DNA from: Prasinococcaceae sp. CCMP 1430
Taxonomy: Eukaryota > Plantae > Prasinodermophyta
DNA length: 45,961 nt
Reading direction: 5' to 3'
Assembly: GCA_013416795.1 (NCBI GenBank)
Contig: RQSC01000029.1
Location: 229,863-275,823, forward strand
In this document: in pieces, positions 1-8,791 of the stretch
Numbering within the stretch: position 1 is the first letter of the stretch
How the letters are laid out: each line of letters opens with the position of its first letter
Position numbers and translations under genes: made by a program
The notes under the pieces: model-generated
Told to the model about the DNA's origin: nothing
The model's database searches: none
The model's input: only the letters and a program-made list of their open reading frames with translations

Positions 1-581
1 CGCCCCCCGCTGCCCCCGCCGCCGCCTGCCGCGTCCTCGGCCGGCTCGACTTCGCGCTCTTCGCACGTGCGCCTGACGCGCACGCTCCCCCGCAGGTGCG
101 CGTTGCGCGCGGCGTTGGCGGCGGCGACGTCCGCGGCCTCTGCGCACCGCTCGAGGCCCACCATGTGCCATCCGTAGCGCGACGCTGCGAGCAGCGAGTA
201 GATGCAGCTCGCGCCGCATCCGACGTCGACGCCGTGGATCCCCATCCCCCCCTCGCCGACGCGCGCGTCCATGCCCACGAGTCCGCTGAGCCACCTGAGG
301 TAGTTGGCGCGGTTGGGCACGGCCGGCACGAGGAAGTCGCGCGCGGGCGGGAGCTCCCAGCGCACGCCGTAGCGCTGCGCGAGCAAGGCGCGGCACAGCG
401 CGGCGCTCGCGCCCGGGGCGCGGAAGTCGAACGTCGGCCTGGCGCGCGCGCCCGTGCCTTGCACCATGAACTCCCTCAGGGCAGCGTCGCGCTCGGCGAG
501 CGCCGCAAAGTCCACCGGGGCGTCGTAGCCAGAGTCCAGCTGGAGTCCGGCGCCCGCGCCGCGGCTGGAGCCGCCCGACAT
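1..581 (-). CDS. METTL16: METTL16/FIONA1-like RNA m6A methyltransferase, N-terminal part (runs off the window's left edge)
   Basis: Not in the ORF track. Manual translation from ATG at 581: MSGGSSRGAGAGLQLDSGYDAPVDFAALAERD...FDFRAPGASAALCRALLAQRYGVRWELPPARDFLVPAVPNRANYLRWL...GVDVGCGASCIYSLLAASRYGWHMVGLE. This has the family's DFxxLA, LxPxVPNRxNY and D(I/V)GxGASCIY motifs. An extra upstream exon cannot be excluded. Confidence 0.9.
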   Translation of the reverse strand, partial: MSGGSSRGAGAGLQLDSGYDAPVDFAALAERDAALREFMVQGTGARARPTFDFRAPGASAALCRALLAQRYGVRWELPPARDFLVPAVPNRANYLRWLSGLVGMDARVGEGGMGIHGVDVGCGASCIYSLLAASRYGWHMVGLERCAEAADVAAANAARNAHLRGSVRVRRTCEEREVEPAEDAAGGGGGSGG

Positions 582-621
582 GCGGCGCGCCGACGCCGGC
601 CGTGGAGCGAGCAGAGGCCGG

Positions 622-702
622 TGGGGGTGGGGTTTGGGGTGGGGTTGGGGGGTAGGTGGGTGGGTGGGGGTGGAGGTGGGTGGATGGGTGGGTGGGGGGG
701 GG
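622..702 (+). repeat. G-rich low-complexity tract (GGGT/GGGGT runs), potential G-quadruplex, between divergent METTL16 and OTU2
   Basis: More than 10 runs of 3 or more G separated by 1-3 nt. Confidence 0.6.
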
Positions 703-1191
703 CGTTTCGCGTGCCCCCGCTCTGCCTGTGGCAGCCGCGCCCTCACCTGTGCGCGCGCTCTGTGGCGCACTCCCCGCTCCGCTCGCGGCCCCGCCCGAGA
801 CGGCTTCGAAATCTCCCATCCTCCGCGGAGAGGGCCGGCGCCAGAGCGCGCGCGAGAAGGGGGGCAAGGGGTCAGGAGGGGAGGGGGCCACAGAGGGAGG
901 GCGGCCGCGCCGGCGCTGGGGGAGAGCACGGCGCGTGGGAGCACAGGGCGTGCGGAGCGGAGCGGCGCGCGGAGCGGACGGCCCCCCTGGCGGCAGCCCA
1001 GAGGCGCGCGCCCACCCGCGCTTGCCCGCCTGCCGGAGGCTGCCGCGCCCGCGCCTGCAGCGGCCGAGGCGGCGCCGTCTTCTACCCGGGCGGCCGCCGT
1101 GACGCCTTCCGCGGCGCCTTTGGCGCCTCGGGCGCCTCAGGCGCCTCGCGCCCCTGCCGTTCCCGCGCCCGCCGCCAGCCTGGGCGGCGTG

Positions 1192-1980
1192 ATGGTGCGC
1201 CGCGTGGTGCCGAGCGACAACTCGTGCCTCTTTGCAGCGCTGGGCTACGTGACGCGACGCAGTCGCGCGTGCGCGCGCGAGCTGCGCGAGGCGGCGGCGG
1301 CGGCGGTCGCGGCGGACCCGTTCACATTCAACGAGGGCTTCTTGGGCAAGGCGAACGACGAGGTGCGAGCGAAGCTCGGCCTGCCGCTCGGGGGCTGTCG
1401 ACAAGCCACCCCGGACGCTTTGCCTCGGCCTCCCGCTGCCCCCCTCCTCGCGCCCTCCCACTCTCCTTCGCCCGCGGCGCCGGGGAACGCGCCGACCCGC
1501 GCGCGCTGACCCCTCGCGCGCGCGCCGCCGCCGCCCGCGCGCGCCCAGTACGTGCGATGGATCCGCGACAGCTCGCACTGGGGCGGCGCCATCGAGCTCT
1601 CCGTGCTCGCGCGAGCGCTCAACGTGCAGATTGGCGCCGTGGACATCATCACCCAGCGGCTCGACGTGTACGGCAGCGACCTCGCCGACCCCAGCGACAG
1701 GGTGTACCTGCTTTACGACGGCATCCACTACGACGCCGCCGCCCTGGCGCCGCAGGAGGGAGCCCCGGAGGACTTCGACACCACACGCTTCGCGTGCGCG
1801 GCGGACGCAGCCGAGTCCGGCGTGCGCGCGCTTGCCGCGAGCGCGCGCGCCGCCCGGCAGTACACCGACACGGCCAACTTCACGCTGCGCTGCCTCGTGT
1901 GCCAGAAGGGCATCGTGGGCGAGAGCGCGGCGAGGGCGCACGCCAAGGAGACCGGGCACACCAACTTTGGCGAGTACTAA
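1192..1980 (+). CDS. OTU2: OTU1/YOD1-family deubiquitinase, plant OTU2 type (OTU domain + C-terminal C2H2 finger); exons ~1192-1362 and 1549-1980
   Basis: MVRRVVPSDNSCLF (catalytic Cys), FNEGFLGKANDE|YVRWIRDSSHWGGAIEL, LLYDGIHYDA (catalytic His), FTLRCLVCQKG...HAKETGHTNFGEY. GT-AG intron 1363-1548 with GCTGAC branch site joins in phase 0. The start could lie further upstream. Confidence 0.9.
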
Positions 1981-2137
1981 GAAATTAAACTCCTCTTACT
2001 ACAGTAGCTAGGAGGGAGTGCGCGCGGGAGCCGATGGCATTGCGGAAGCGATTCGAGTGTGATGAGTTGTCAGCGCCAGTGCGCGCTCGAGCGAGGCGTG
2101 GGTGTCGACCGCCTTTCGGCGGCGTCTCCCCCCACGT

Positions 2138-5100
2138 TCACCTGGGCCTGCACGCGTTGTTCTTGAATGTGCAGAGCTTCTTGGCGTCGCCCTGCTTGCA
2201 CTCCTTCTTGTTCCTGGCGGCCTTGCACAGCTTCTTGATGGCCTTTTGGGAGAGCTCGGACTGGTCGGTCCTCTTCGACTTCTTGTTCTTTTTCTTCTTG
2301 TTCTTCTGCTTGCCGGTGGGCTCCTCGCCCTCCTCGGGAGGAGGCGACGGAGCGCCGGAGAGCTTGTCGGACTTGCCGGCCTTCTTCTTGTTCTTCTTCT
2401 TGCTCTTTTTCTTGTCCTTGCCGGTGGGCGACGACGCGCCTGGCAGAGTGATGTCGAGGGCTGGCGCTGTTGCGTCGTCGAACAGGCCCTCCGCATCTTC
2501 GGCGGACTGGGCGGACGTCGAGGACTCGCCGCCCTCGAACGCGCCCGGCACGTCCGTCTGGCCGTGGTCGTCACGACCCCAGCAGTAGATCGCGCCATCG
2601 TCCCGGGCGACGCCGCACGTGTGAGCCGCTCCGGCGCTCACGGACGCCCACGCGCCCACGCCGCTCGGCACGTCCAGCTGGCCGTCGGCGTTGTGCCCCC
2701 AGCAGTGCATCGCGCCGTCGTCCTGGGCGACGCCGCACGTGTGCCAGTCTCCTGCGCTCACCGAGGACCACGCGCCCGCGCCGCTCGACGCGTCCGCCTG
2801 GCCGTGGTCGTTGGATCCCCAGCAGTGAATCGCGCCGTCGGCCTGCGCGACGCCGCACGTGTGGTGGTATCCGGCGCTCACGGAGGACCACGCGCCCACG
2901 TCGCTCGGCACGTCCGCCTGGCCGTAGGAGCTCCGTCCCCAGCAGTGCAGCGCGCCGTCGGCCAGCGCGACGCCGCACGTGTGGAAGGTTCCGGCGCTCA
3001 CGGAGGACCACGCGCTCACAGTGCTGGGCACGTCGCTCTGGCCGAAGAGGTTCCACCCCCAGCAGTGGAGCGCGCCGTCGGCCCGCGCGACGCCGCACGT
3101 GTGGGCCCCTCCGGCGCTCACGGAGGACCACGCGCGGACGGCGCTCGGCACGTCCGCCTGGCCCGCGTAGTTGGACCCCCAGCACTGGAGCGCGCCGTCG
3201 GCCCGCGCGACGCCGCACGTGTGGGAGAGTCCGGCGCTCACGGAGGACCACGCGTTGTCGCGCCCCGCATCGTGCGGCACGTGAACGTAGCCGTCGTGGC
3301 CCCAGCAGCGCAGCTCGCCGTCGGCGTGCGCGAGGCCGCACGTGTGCGAGCGCCCGGCGCTCACGGATCGCGACGAGTCGTCCACAGCGAGGGGCGGCGG
3401 AGATTGGGGGTTGTTGGGCGGCGTGCTCGACGGCGAGCTCGAAGGAAGGCTCGGCGAAGGCGGGCTCGGGTAGTGATGGTCGTCCTCCGGGTAGTGGTCA
3501 TCGTGGTCGTGGCCGTGGTGGTCGTGGTGGTCGTGGTGGTCGTGGTGGTCGTGGTCGTCCTCATCGTCGGGGTCGTCCTCATCGCCGGCATTGTCGCTGC
3601 CGCCATCGCCGCCCCCGCCGGCCACGCGCTCCCTCCATGGCGTCGGTTTCACACCATCGAAGTACTCGAGACCGCCAGCGTTACACAACCATTCAGGCAC
3701 CCTGTCGTCGAACATGGTCTGGAACCACGGGTTGTACCCACCGACGCACACCCATACAAAGTACTCGTCCGAGGCGCTGCTCTCGTCAAGCTCGACCCCG
3801 CCGCTCTCGAGCTCGATCTCCTTGTATGCACGGAAGGCCACCTCATAGGCGCCGTGCGGCGTCCCGCGTGGCACGGCCACGGTGAAGCACACGTCGGTGG
3901 TGGCCTGGCCGCCCATGCGTGCCCAGCACGCGCCCTCATCCAGTCGCCAGCCGCTCGGCAACGAGTCGGCAACCGCGACCACCGTGACGGGGGACTCGCC
4001 GCAGAGCGCCGAGTCACCGTTGCGCACGCCAATCTTGTACGTCATGAGCAACTCGTAGTCGTTCACCTCAGCCGAATAGAAGTACGGCGCGTATTCCGCG
4101 ATCCAGGGGTCCTCCGTGACCTCTCTTTCCCAAGGCTCGGGCGCCCGGTAAAGCGAAAGGTCGTCGGCCTTTCCTAAGAAGGTCTGGTAATGGCCAACCA
4201 TTCCCTCAGTCATAGTGGGGGGACCTGGCACACACGCGGCTGGCGCGCCGAACGATAGGCGCACCTCACATCCGTCCTCACCAACGCTGAGGGCCTCGAG
4301 GGTCATCCCAGACGCCTCGTCGAAGAACTCGCCTCCGGGGGCCTGAAGGGCCACCTGCGCATGAACGTACCGCAGCCTCTGTCAGCGACCGTAGGGCAAG
4401 GGGGCAGGGATGAGTGTCGGTGTGCGTGTGTGTGTGTGTCTGAGGGGAGGGGAGGGGGGGGGGGGCATAGCAAGCAGAGCGTCACAGACAGACGAGGCAG
4501 CAAGAATGCACGCGCCTTGAGAGCGTCGTCGGGGTCGGTCGCGTTGGGCTCGAGGTCGATGAGGCTGACGCCCCAGTGATAGGCCAGCACGCCGTTGACG
4601 TTGAATCCGCCCACGCGCTCGCCGGCGATCGTGTCGAATCCCTCTGCGGCTCTGCACTCAAGCCAGATGGTGCCGAGGGACGATAGCACGCTGTCTTCCG
4701 GCGGTGCCACTTCTACCGCGCGCAAGCCTGAGCCTGCGCCCAGCGGGCGAAGTGACAACGTCTCGCTGACGCCTTCAACGATTTCCACCACGCGAACGTC
4801 GCCGTCCTCCTTACTCAGCCAGCCGAGGTCAAAGCGTGTCTTCGCCGCGACCCCCCACGAGCCCTTGCCCTCCGTGTTAATACTTCCAAGCACGTCCATG
4901 ATCCCCCCGTAGTCCTCACTGGGGCACTCGCGCCATGGCTTACCAGCTGCGATGTCCTCGGCCGAGCACTTTTTGCCGCCTTGGTGGTAGCCCAGCCCGA
5001 GGTTGTGCAACTGCTCGTGAATGTTCGCTCTATCGCAGAGGTCAGTGTCGCTCTCTGGGTCGCAGTGCTCACCCGAGAGCTCACTTTCAAAGGTGGTGCA

Positions 5101-5692
5101 CTCCGTTCTGGTGCCGTCGCTCGCGCATGTCCCGCCGCACCAGCTTGTGAGCACATTCCAGTAGAGCGTGTCGTACGCATCCGTGTCCAGGCCGGGGACG
5201 GAGTCGTAGTCAGCACCCGGGAAATCCCGGCACTGTGCAACAGCACGAGGCGGGCGGATGGACGGACATTCGCAAAGGCAAGGGCGGGCGCGGCGTCAGC
5301 ACCATCTGCACGAGATTCGCGTGGCGATCCGACTGGGCCGGCACCGCAGCTTGCGCGCTGCGCTGCGCGACGCCCAGCGCGCCGAACCGACGCACCTCGC
5401 CCGCCTCGTCGCGCTCGCTGTCGCTATGCGGGTGAATGTAGACGTCGATCTCGAAATCCTGCGCGCCGCTGCTCGCCCACTCAAAATACCTCTCGGCCTG
5501 CCCCTTGTATACCGCGTTCAGAAGGTCGGCGTCGTACGCGACGTCCGACCATGGTGCCACCACGACCGCCATGCGCACCACGTCCTTCTCCGTGCAGCAG
5601 CCCACGCCGCGCGCCCCACGCGGCGCCTGGGCGAGCGCTACCGCGCCGGCGAGCGCCGCGCCGGCGTACGCCATGCGCCGCGTGCGCGCCAT
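2138..5692 (-). CDS. Secreted gametolysin/M11-like metzincin fused to NEW3/Ig-like domain, Asp/His tract, 7 RCC1/BLIP-II-like repeats and Lys-rich tail; exons ~5692-5396, 5232-4516, 4354-2138
   Basis: Signal-like N-terminus (MAYAGAALAGAVALAQA); HEQLHNLGLGYH followed by EDYGGIMDVLGS; LPSGW...VCFTVAVPRGTPHGAYEV (NEW3-like); WSSVSAGxxHTCG...CWGxxxxGQxDVP repeats. Both predicted introns are phase 0. Confidence 0.72.
2541..3372 (-). repeat. Seven tandem ~120-bp (40-aa) RCC1/BLIP-II-like coding repeats
   Basis: Unit cccagcagtg-x-cgcgccgtcg...cgacgccgcacgtgtg...ccggcgctcacggaggaccacgcg recurs every 120 nt. Confidence 0.9.
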
Positions 5693-5853
5693 CGCGGGAC
5701 TTCCCCCCCCCCCCTGGTGGTGGGTGGGTGGGGTGGGAGCTGTTGTTTTTGGTGGTGGTGGTGGGTGGATGGGGCTAGCTGGTGTTGGTGGGGTGACTGC
5801 TGATTAAGGGGGGCGTCGAGCGTCAGCGGTCGCTCGCGCGCAACATTGCGTGC

Positions 5854-6349
5854 GGGGAGCGCGCGCATGCTGCGGGCGGGGATGCTCACGCGCAGCGACG
5901 AGGCGAGGCGCCACCACAGCGGGAACGAACCCAAAATGCGACCACCGGCACGATGGCGCCGTCCGACGAGGAGGAGGCACGGTGCGCCTGCGTGCGGGGA
6001 GCGTGCGCGCATCGCGGGCGAGCAGAGGCCGCGCGGGCGCTCCGCGCGGACGCGTCCCCCCCCCCCCCCCCCGGGCTGTGCGACACCCCCCCCTGCAGCG
6101 CACGCGTTTGCTTGTGCTGCGACGGTCGCAGCGTCTGCGATACCGCCGTCGGCCCGTGGACGCCGTCGCGCGCGCGCGCGCTCTCGACATACCTCCCCGC
6201 AGGCAACCCCACAGCCGACGGCGACGCCGCTCGAGGGCAGAGTGGCGCTGGGGGGGGCGGGGGGGCGTGCCGCTGCACGGTGCGTGGCGCGGAGCGCGGA
6301 GCGCGGAGCGCGGAGCGCGGCCGAGGGGGCGGGGGGAGCGCGCGCATGC
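5854..6349 (+). mobile_element. Candidate non-autonomous insertion (SINE-like): ~460 bp between 17-bp direct repeats, with (GCGCGGA)n near its right end
   Basis: GGGGAGCGCGCGCATGC occurs identically at 5854-5870 and 6333-6349; ~4.9 copies of GCGCGGA at 6287-6320; no credible ORF. Confidence 0.35.
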
Positions 6350-6504
6350 CATGCGTAACTTCTTTTCGGCGCGCGCGCGCTCCCGGAAGACGACATCAAA
6401 GCACACCCGAAGCGGCGCGGCAGAGCAAGGTTTTCGGCCGGCTGCTCCGCGCGTTCTCCCGCACCGGCCAGCCACGGCGCGCGCGCGCGCGCGCTACGGC
6501 GGCG
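6342..6504 (+). repeat. Dispersed ~160-bp repeat, copy 1 (copy 2 at 23063-23223)
   Basis: gcgcatgccatgcg...cttttcggcgcgcgc...tcccggaagacgacatcaaagcacacccgaagc...cagagcaagg...ctacggcggcg is near-identical in both places. Confidence 0.9.
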
Positions 6505-6615
6505 ACCATCTCAACTAACCGAGTGCTGCGCACGCGCGCCGGCTGGCGGTTGGTCGGTTCAAAGCTTTGGTCGGTTGTTCGGTGTGATTTGAATGGCTGG
6601 CGCGAGCAACGTTGT

Positions 6616-7480
6616 TGGCGTTCGTTGTTGGAACTGAGGGGGCTCGAGCGCTTTGGCAGTATGCATTCGTTTTGACCTGGGCTCGAGGGCGAGGGGGCGG
6701 GCGACTGCAATTCGCACGTAAAAATGCATGAGGACAGCGGACGGCGTCGAGCGCCGTTCGTGCCGCATCTACGAGGGCCGTGGTGCCGATGCTGGTGGCC
6801 GTCACACGCGCTGGGCAGGAGTAGAGGGAGTCGTATTGACGGTGTGCTCGCTCTCCCTCGGCCTCCTGCTGCGCAGCCCCAGAAAGAGGAGGGCGGCCAC
6901 CACGGCGCCCGTGACGGCGGCGGCAGCGACGCTGGCGGCAGAGATGCCGCCGGCGCAGTGAGGCGCGGGAGTCCTCGGAGGCGGGCTCTCGGGAGGAGGA
7001 GGCGGTGGGCTCGGAGGAGGAGGATGATGACGAGGCAGGCTCGGAGGAGGCGGACTCGGAGGAGACGGGCTCGGGGGAGGCGGTGGAAGGGGTGGAGCGG
7101 GCGGGCTCGGAGGAGACGGGCTCAGAGGGAGGTGGTGGAGGAGGTGGAGGGCTCCGGGAAAGAGATGGACGAAAAGGAGGTCGACGGGCGCAAAAGAGGT
7201 GCGTGAAAACGCAGCCCGTGATCGTACACACGCCGGGGTCGCGTCCGCGCGCCACTGCAAGCGCCGCTCGTGCCAAACACCGCTGACAAAAATGCAGCAC
7301 GTGCCCTACAGACGCTAAGTGACGAAACGCCACTCCAGGTCAGTGCAGACATATGTCAAAATCCATCAAATGAAACAAAAACGTCACACAGTCATAACTC
7401 TGCGCTCAGGCGTGCATTTCGACACCTGAAGAGTGATACGGCATCGTGGAGATCAGCCGCATCCTCTGCTAGCTCAACCC
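6616..7480 (+). repeat. ~860-bp direct segmental duplication, copy 1 (telomere-adjacent)
   Basis: Colinear, highly similar to 8792-9636 from tggcgtt(c/t)gttgttggaac to tctgctagctcaaccc. Confidence 0.92.
6802..7260 (-). pseudogene. Fragment of a Pro/Ser-rich stalk + single-TM surface-protein gene (copy 1)
   Basis: (SP)n stalk then GGISAASVAAAAVTGAVVAALLFLGLRSRR and a short tail; the upstream RGRDP...FTHLFCARRPP segment is in a different frame. Confidence 0.55.
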
Positions 7481-7558
7481 GCGCGCGCAAACGTCTGCAA
7501 GGCGCTCGTCATCGAACCGCCGAGACGGCACGCAAAGCCTGAAAAACCTTACCCTGAA

Positions 7559-7966
7559 TTCAGGGTAGGGTTTAGGGTTTAGGGTTTAGGGTTTTAGGGT
7601 TTAGGGTTTAGGGTTTAGGGTTTAGGGTTTAGGGTTTAGGGTTTAGGGTTTAGGGTTTAGGGTTTAGGGTTTAGGGTTTAGGGGTTTAGGGTTTAGGGTT
7701 TAGGGTTTAGGGTTTAGGGTTTAGGGTTTAGGGTTTAGGGTTAGGGTTTAGGGTTTAGGGTTTAGGGTTTAGGGTTTAGGGTTTAGGGTTTAGGGTTTAG
7801 GGTTTAGGGTTTAGGGTTTAGGGTTTAGGGTTTAGGGTTTAGGGTTTAGGGTTTAGGGTTTAGGGTTTAGGGTTTAGGGTTTAGGGTTTAGGGTTTAGGG
7901 TTTAGGGTTTAGGGTTTAGGGTTTAGGGTTTAGGGTTTAGGGTTTAGGGTTTAGGGTTTAGGGTTT
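7559..7966 (+). repeat. Plant-type telomeric array (TTTAGGG)n, roughly 56 units, G-strand pointing rightwards
   Basis: Near-perfect TTTAGGG tandem with a few variants (TTCAGGG, TTTTAGGG, TTAGGG), running into the N gap. Confidence 0.98.
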
Positions 7967-8710
7967 NNNNNNNNNNNNNNNNNNNNNNNNNNNNNNNNNN
8001 NNNNNNNNNNNNNNNNNNNNNNNNNNNNNNNNNNNNNNNNNNNNNNNNNNNNNNNNNNNNNNNNNNNNNNNNNNNNNNNNNNNNNNNNNNNNNNNNNNNN
8101 NNNNNNNNNNNNNNNNNNNNNNNNNNNNNNNNNNNNNNNNNNNNNNNNNNNNNNNNNNNNNNNNNNNNNNNNNNNNNNNNNNNNNNNNNNNNNNNNNNNN
8201 NNNNNNNNNNNNNNNNNNNNNNNNNNNNNNNNNNNNNNNNNNNNNNNNNNNNNNNNNNNNNNNNNNNNNNNNNNNNNNNNNNNNNNNNNNNNNNNNNNNN
8301 NNNNNNNNNNNNNNNNNNNNNNNNNNNNNNNNNNNNNNNNNNNNNNNNNNNNNNNNNNNNNNNNNNNNNNNNNNNNNNNNNNNNNNNNNNNNNNNNNNNN
8401 NNNNNNNNNNNNNNNNNNNNNNNNNNNNNNNNNNNNNNNNNNNNNNNNNNNNNNNNNNNNNNNNNNNNNNNNNNNNNNNNNNNNNNNNNNNNNNNNNNNN
8501 NNNNNNNNNNNNNNNNNNNNNNNNNNNNNNNNNNNNNNNNNNNNNNNNNNNNNNNNNNNNNNNNNNNNNNNNNNNNNNNNNNNNNNNNNNNNNNNNNNNN
8601 NNNNNNNNNNNNNNNNNNNNNNNNNNNNNNNNNNNNNNNNNNNNNNNNNNNNNNNNNNNNNNNNNNNNNNNNNNNNNNNNNNNNNNNNNNNNNNNNNNNN
8701 NNNNNNNNNN
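7967..8710. other. Assembly gap (744 N)
   Basis: Run of N directly after the telomere array. Confidence 0.99.
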
Positions 8711-8791
8711 CCCTGTGCCGCGCGCCGCCGCCAGCCGGCGCCGCGCCGAGGCCTCCGAGCCGCCAGCGTGGCGCCCTCGCCGAAAAAGATC

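Noticed and set aside
747-819. Possible upstream METTL16 exon (ATG 819, donor GTGAGG at 746)
   Set aside because: No phase-compatible AG acceptor was found before the conserved region.
96-1988. 630-aa ORF and other long Arg/Ala/Pro-rich ORFs in the track
   Set aside because: Shadow frames caused by high GC and few stops; they overlap better-supported METTL16 and OTU2 frames and have no motifs.
2541-3372. Regular 120-bp periodicity as a possible CRISPR-like array
   Set aside because: The units are whole in-frame coding repeats with no repeat-spacer structure, there are no cas genes, and the context is eukaryotic.
2102-4177. 691-aa plus-strand repetitive ORF
   Set aside because: Antisense mirror of the RCC1-repeat exon.
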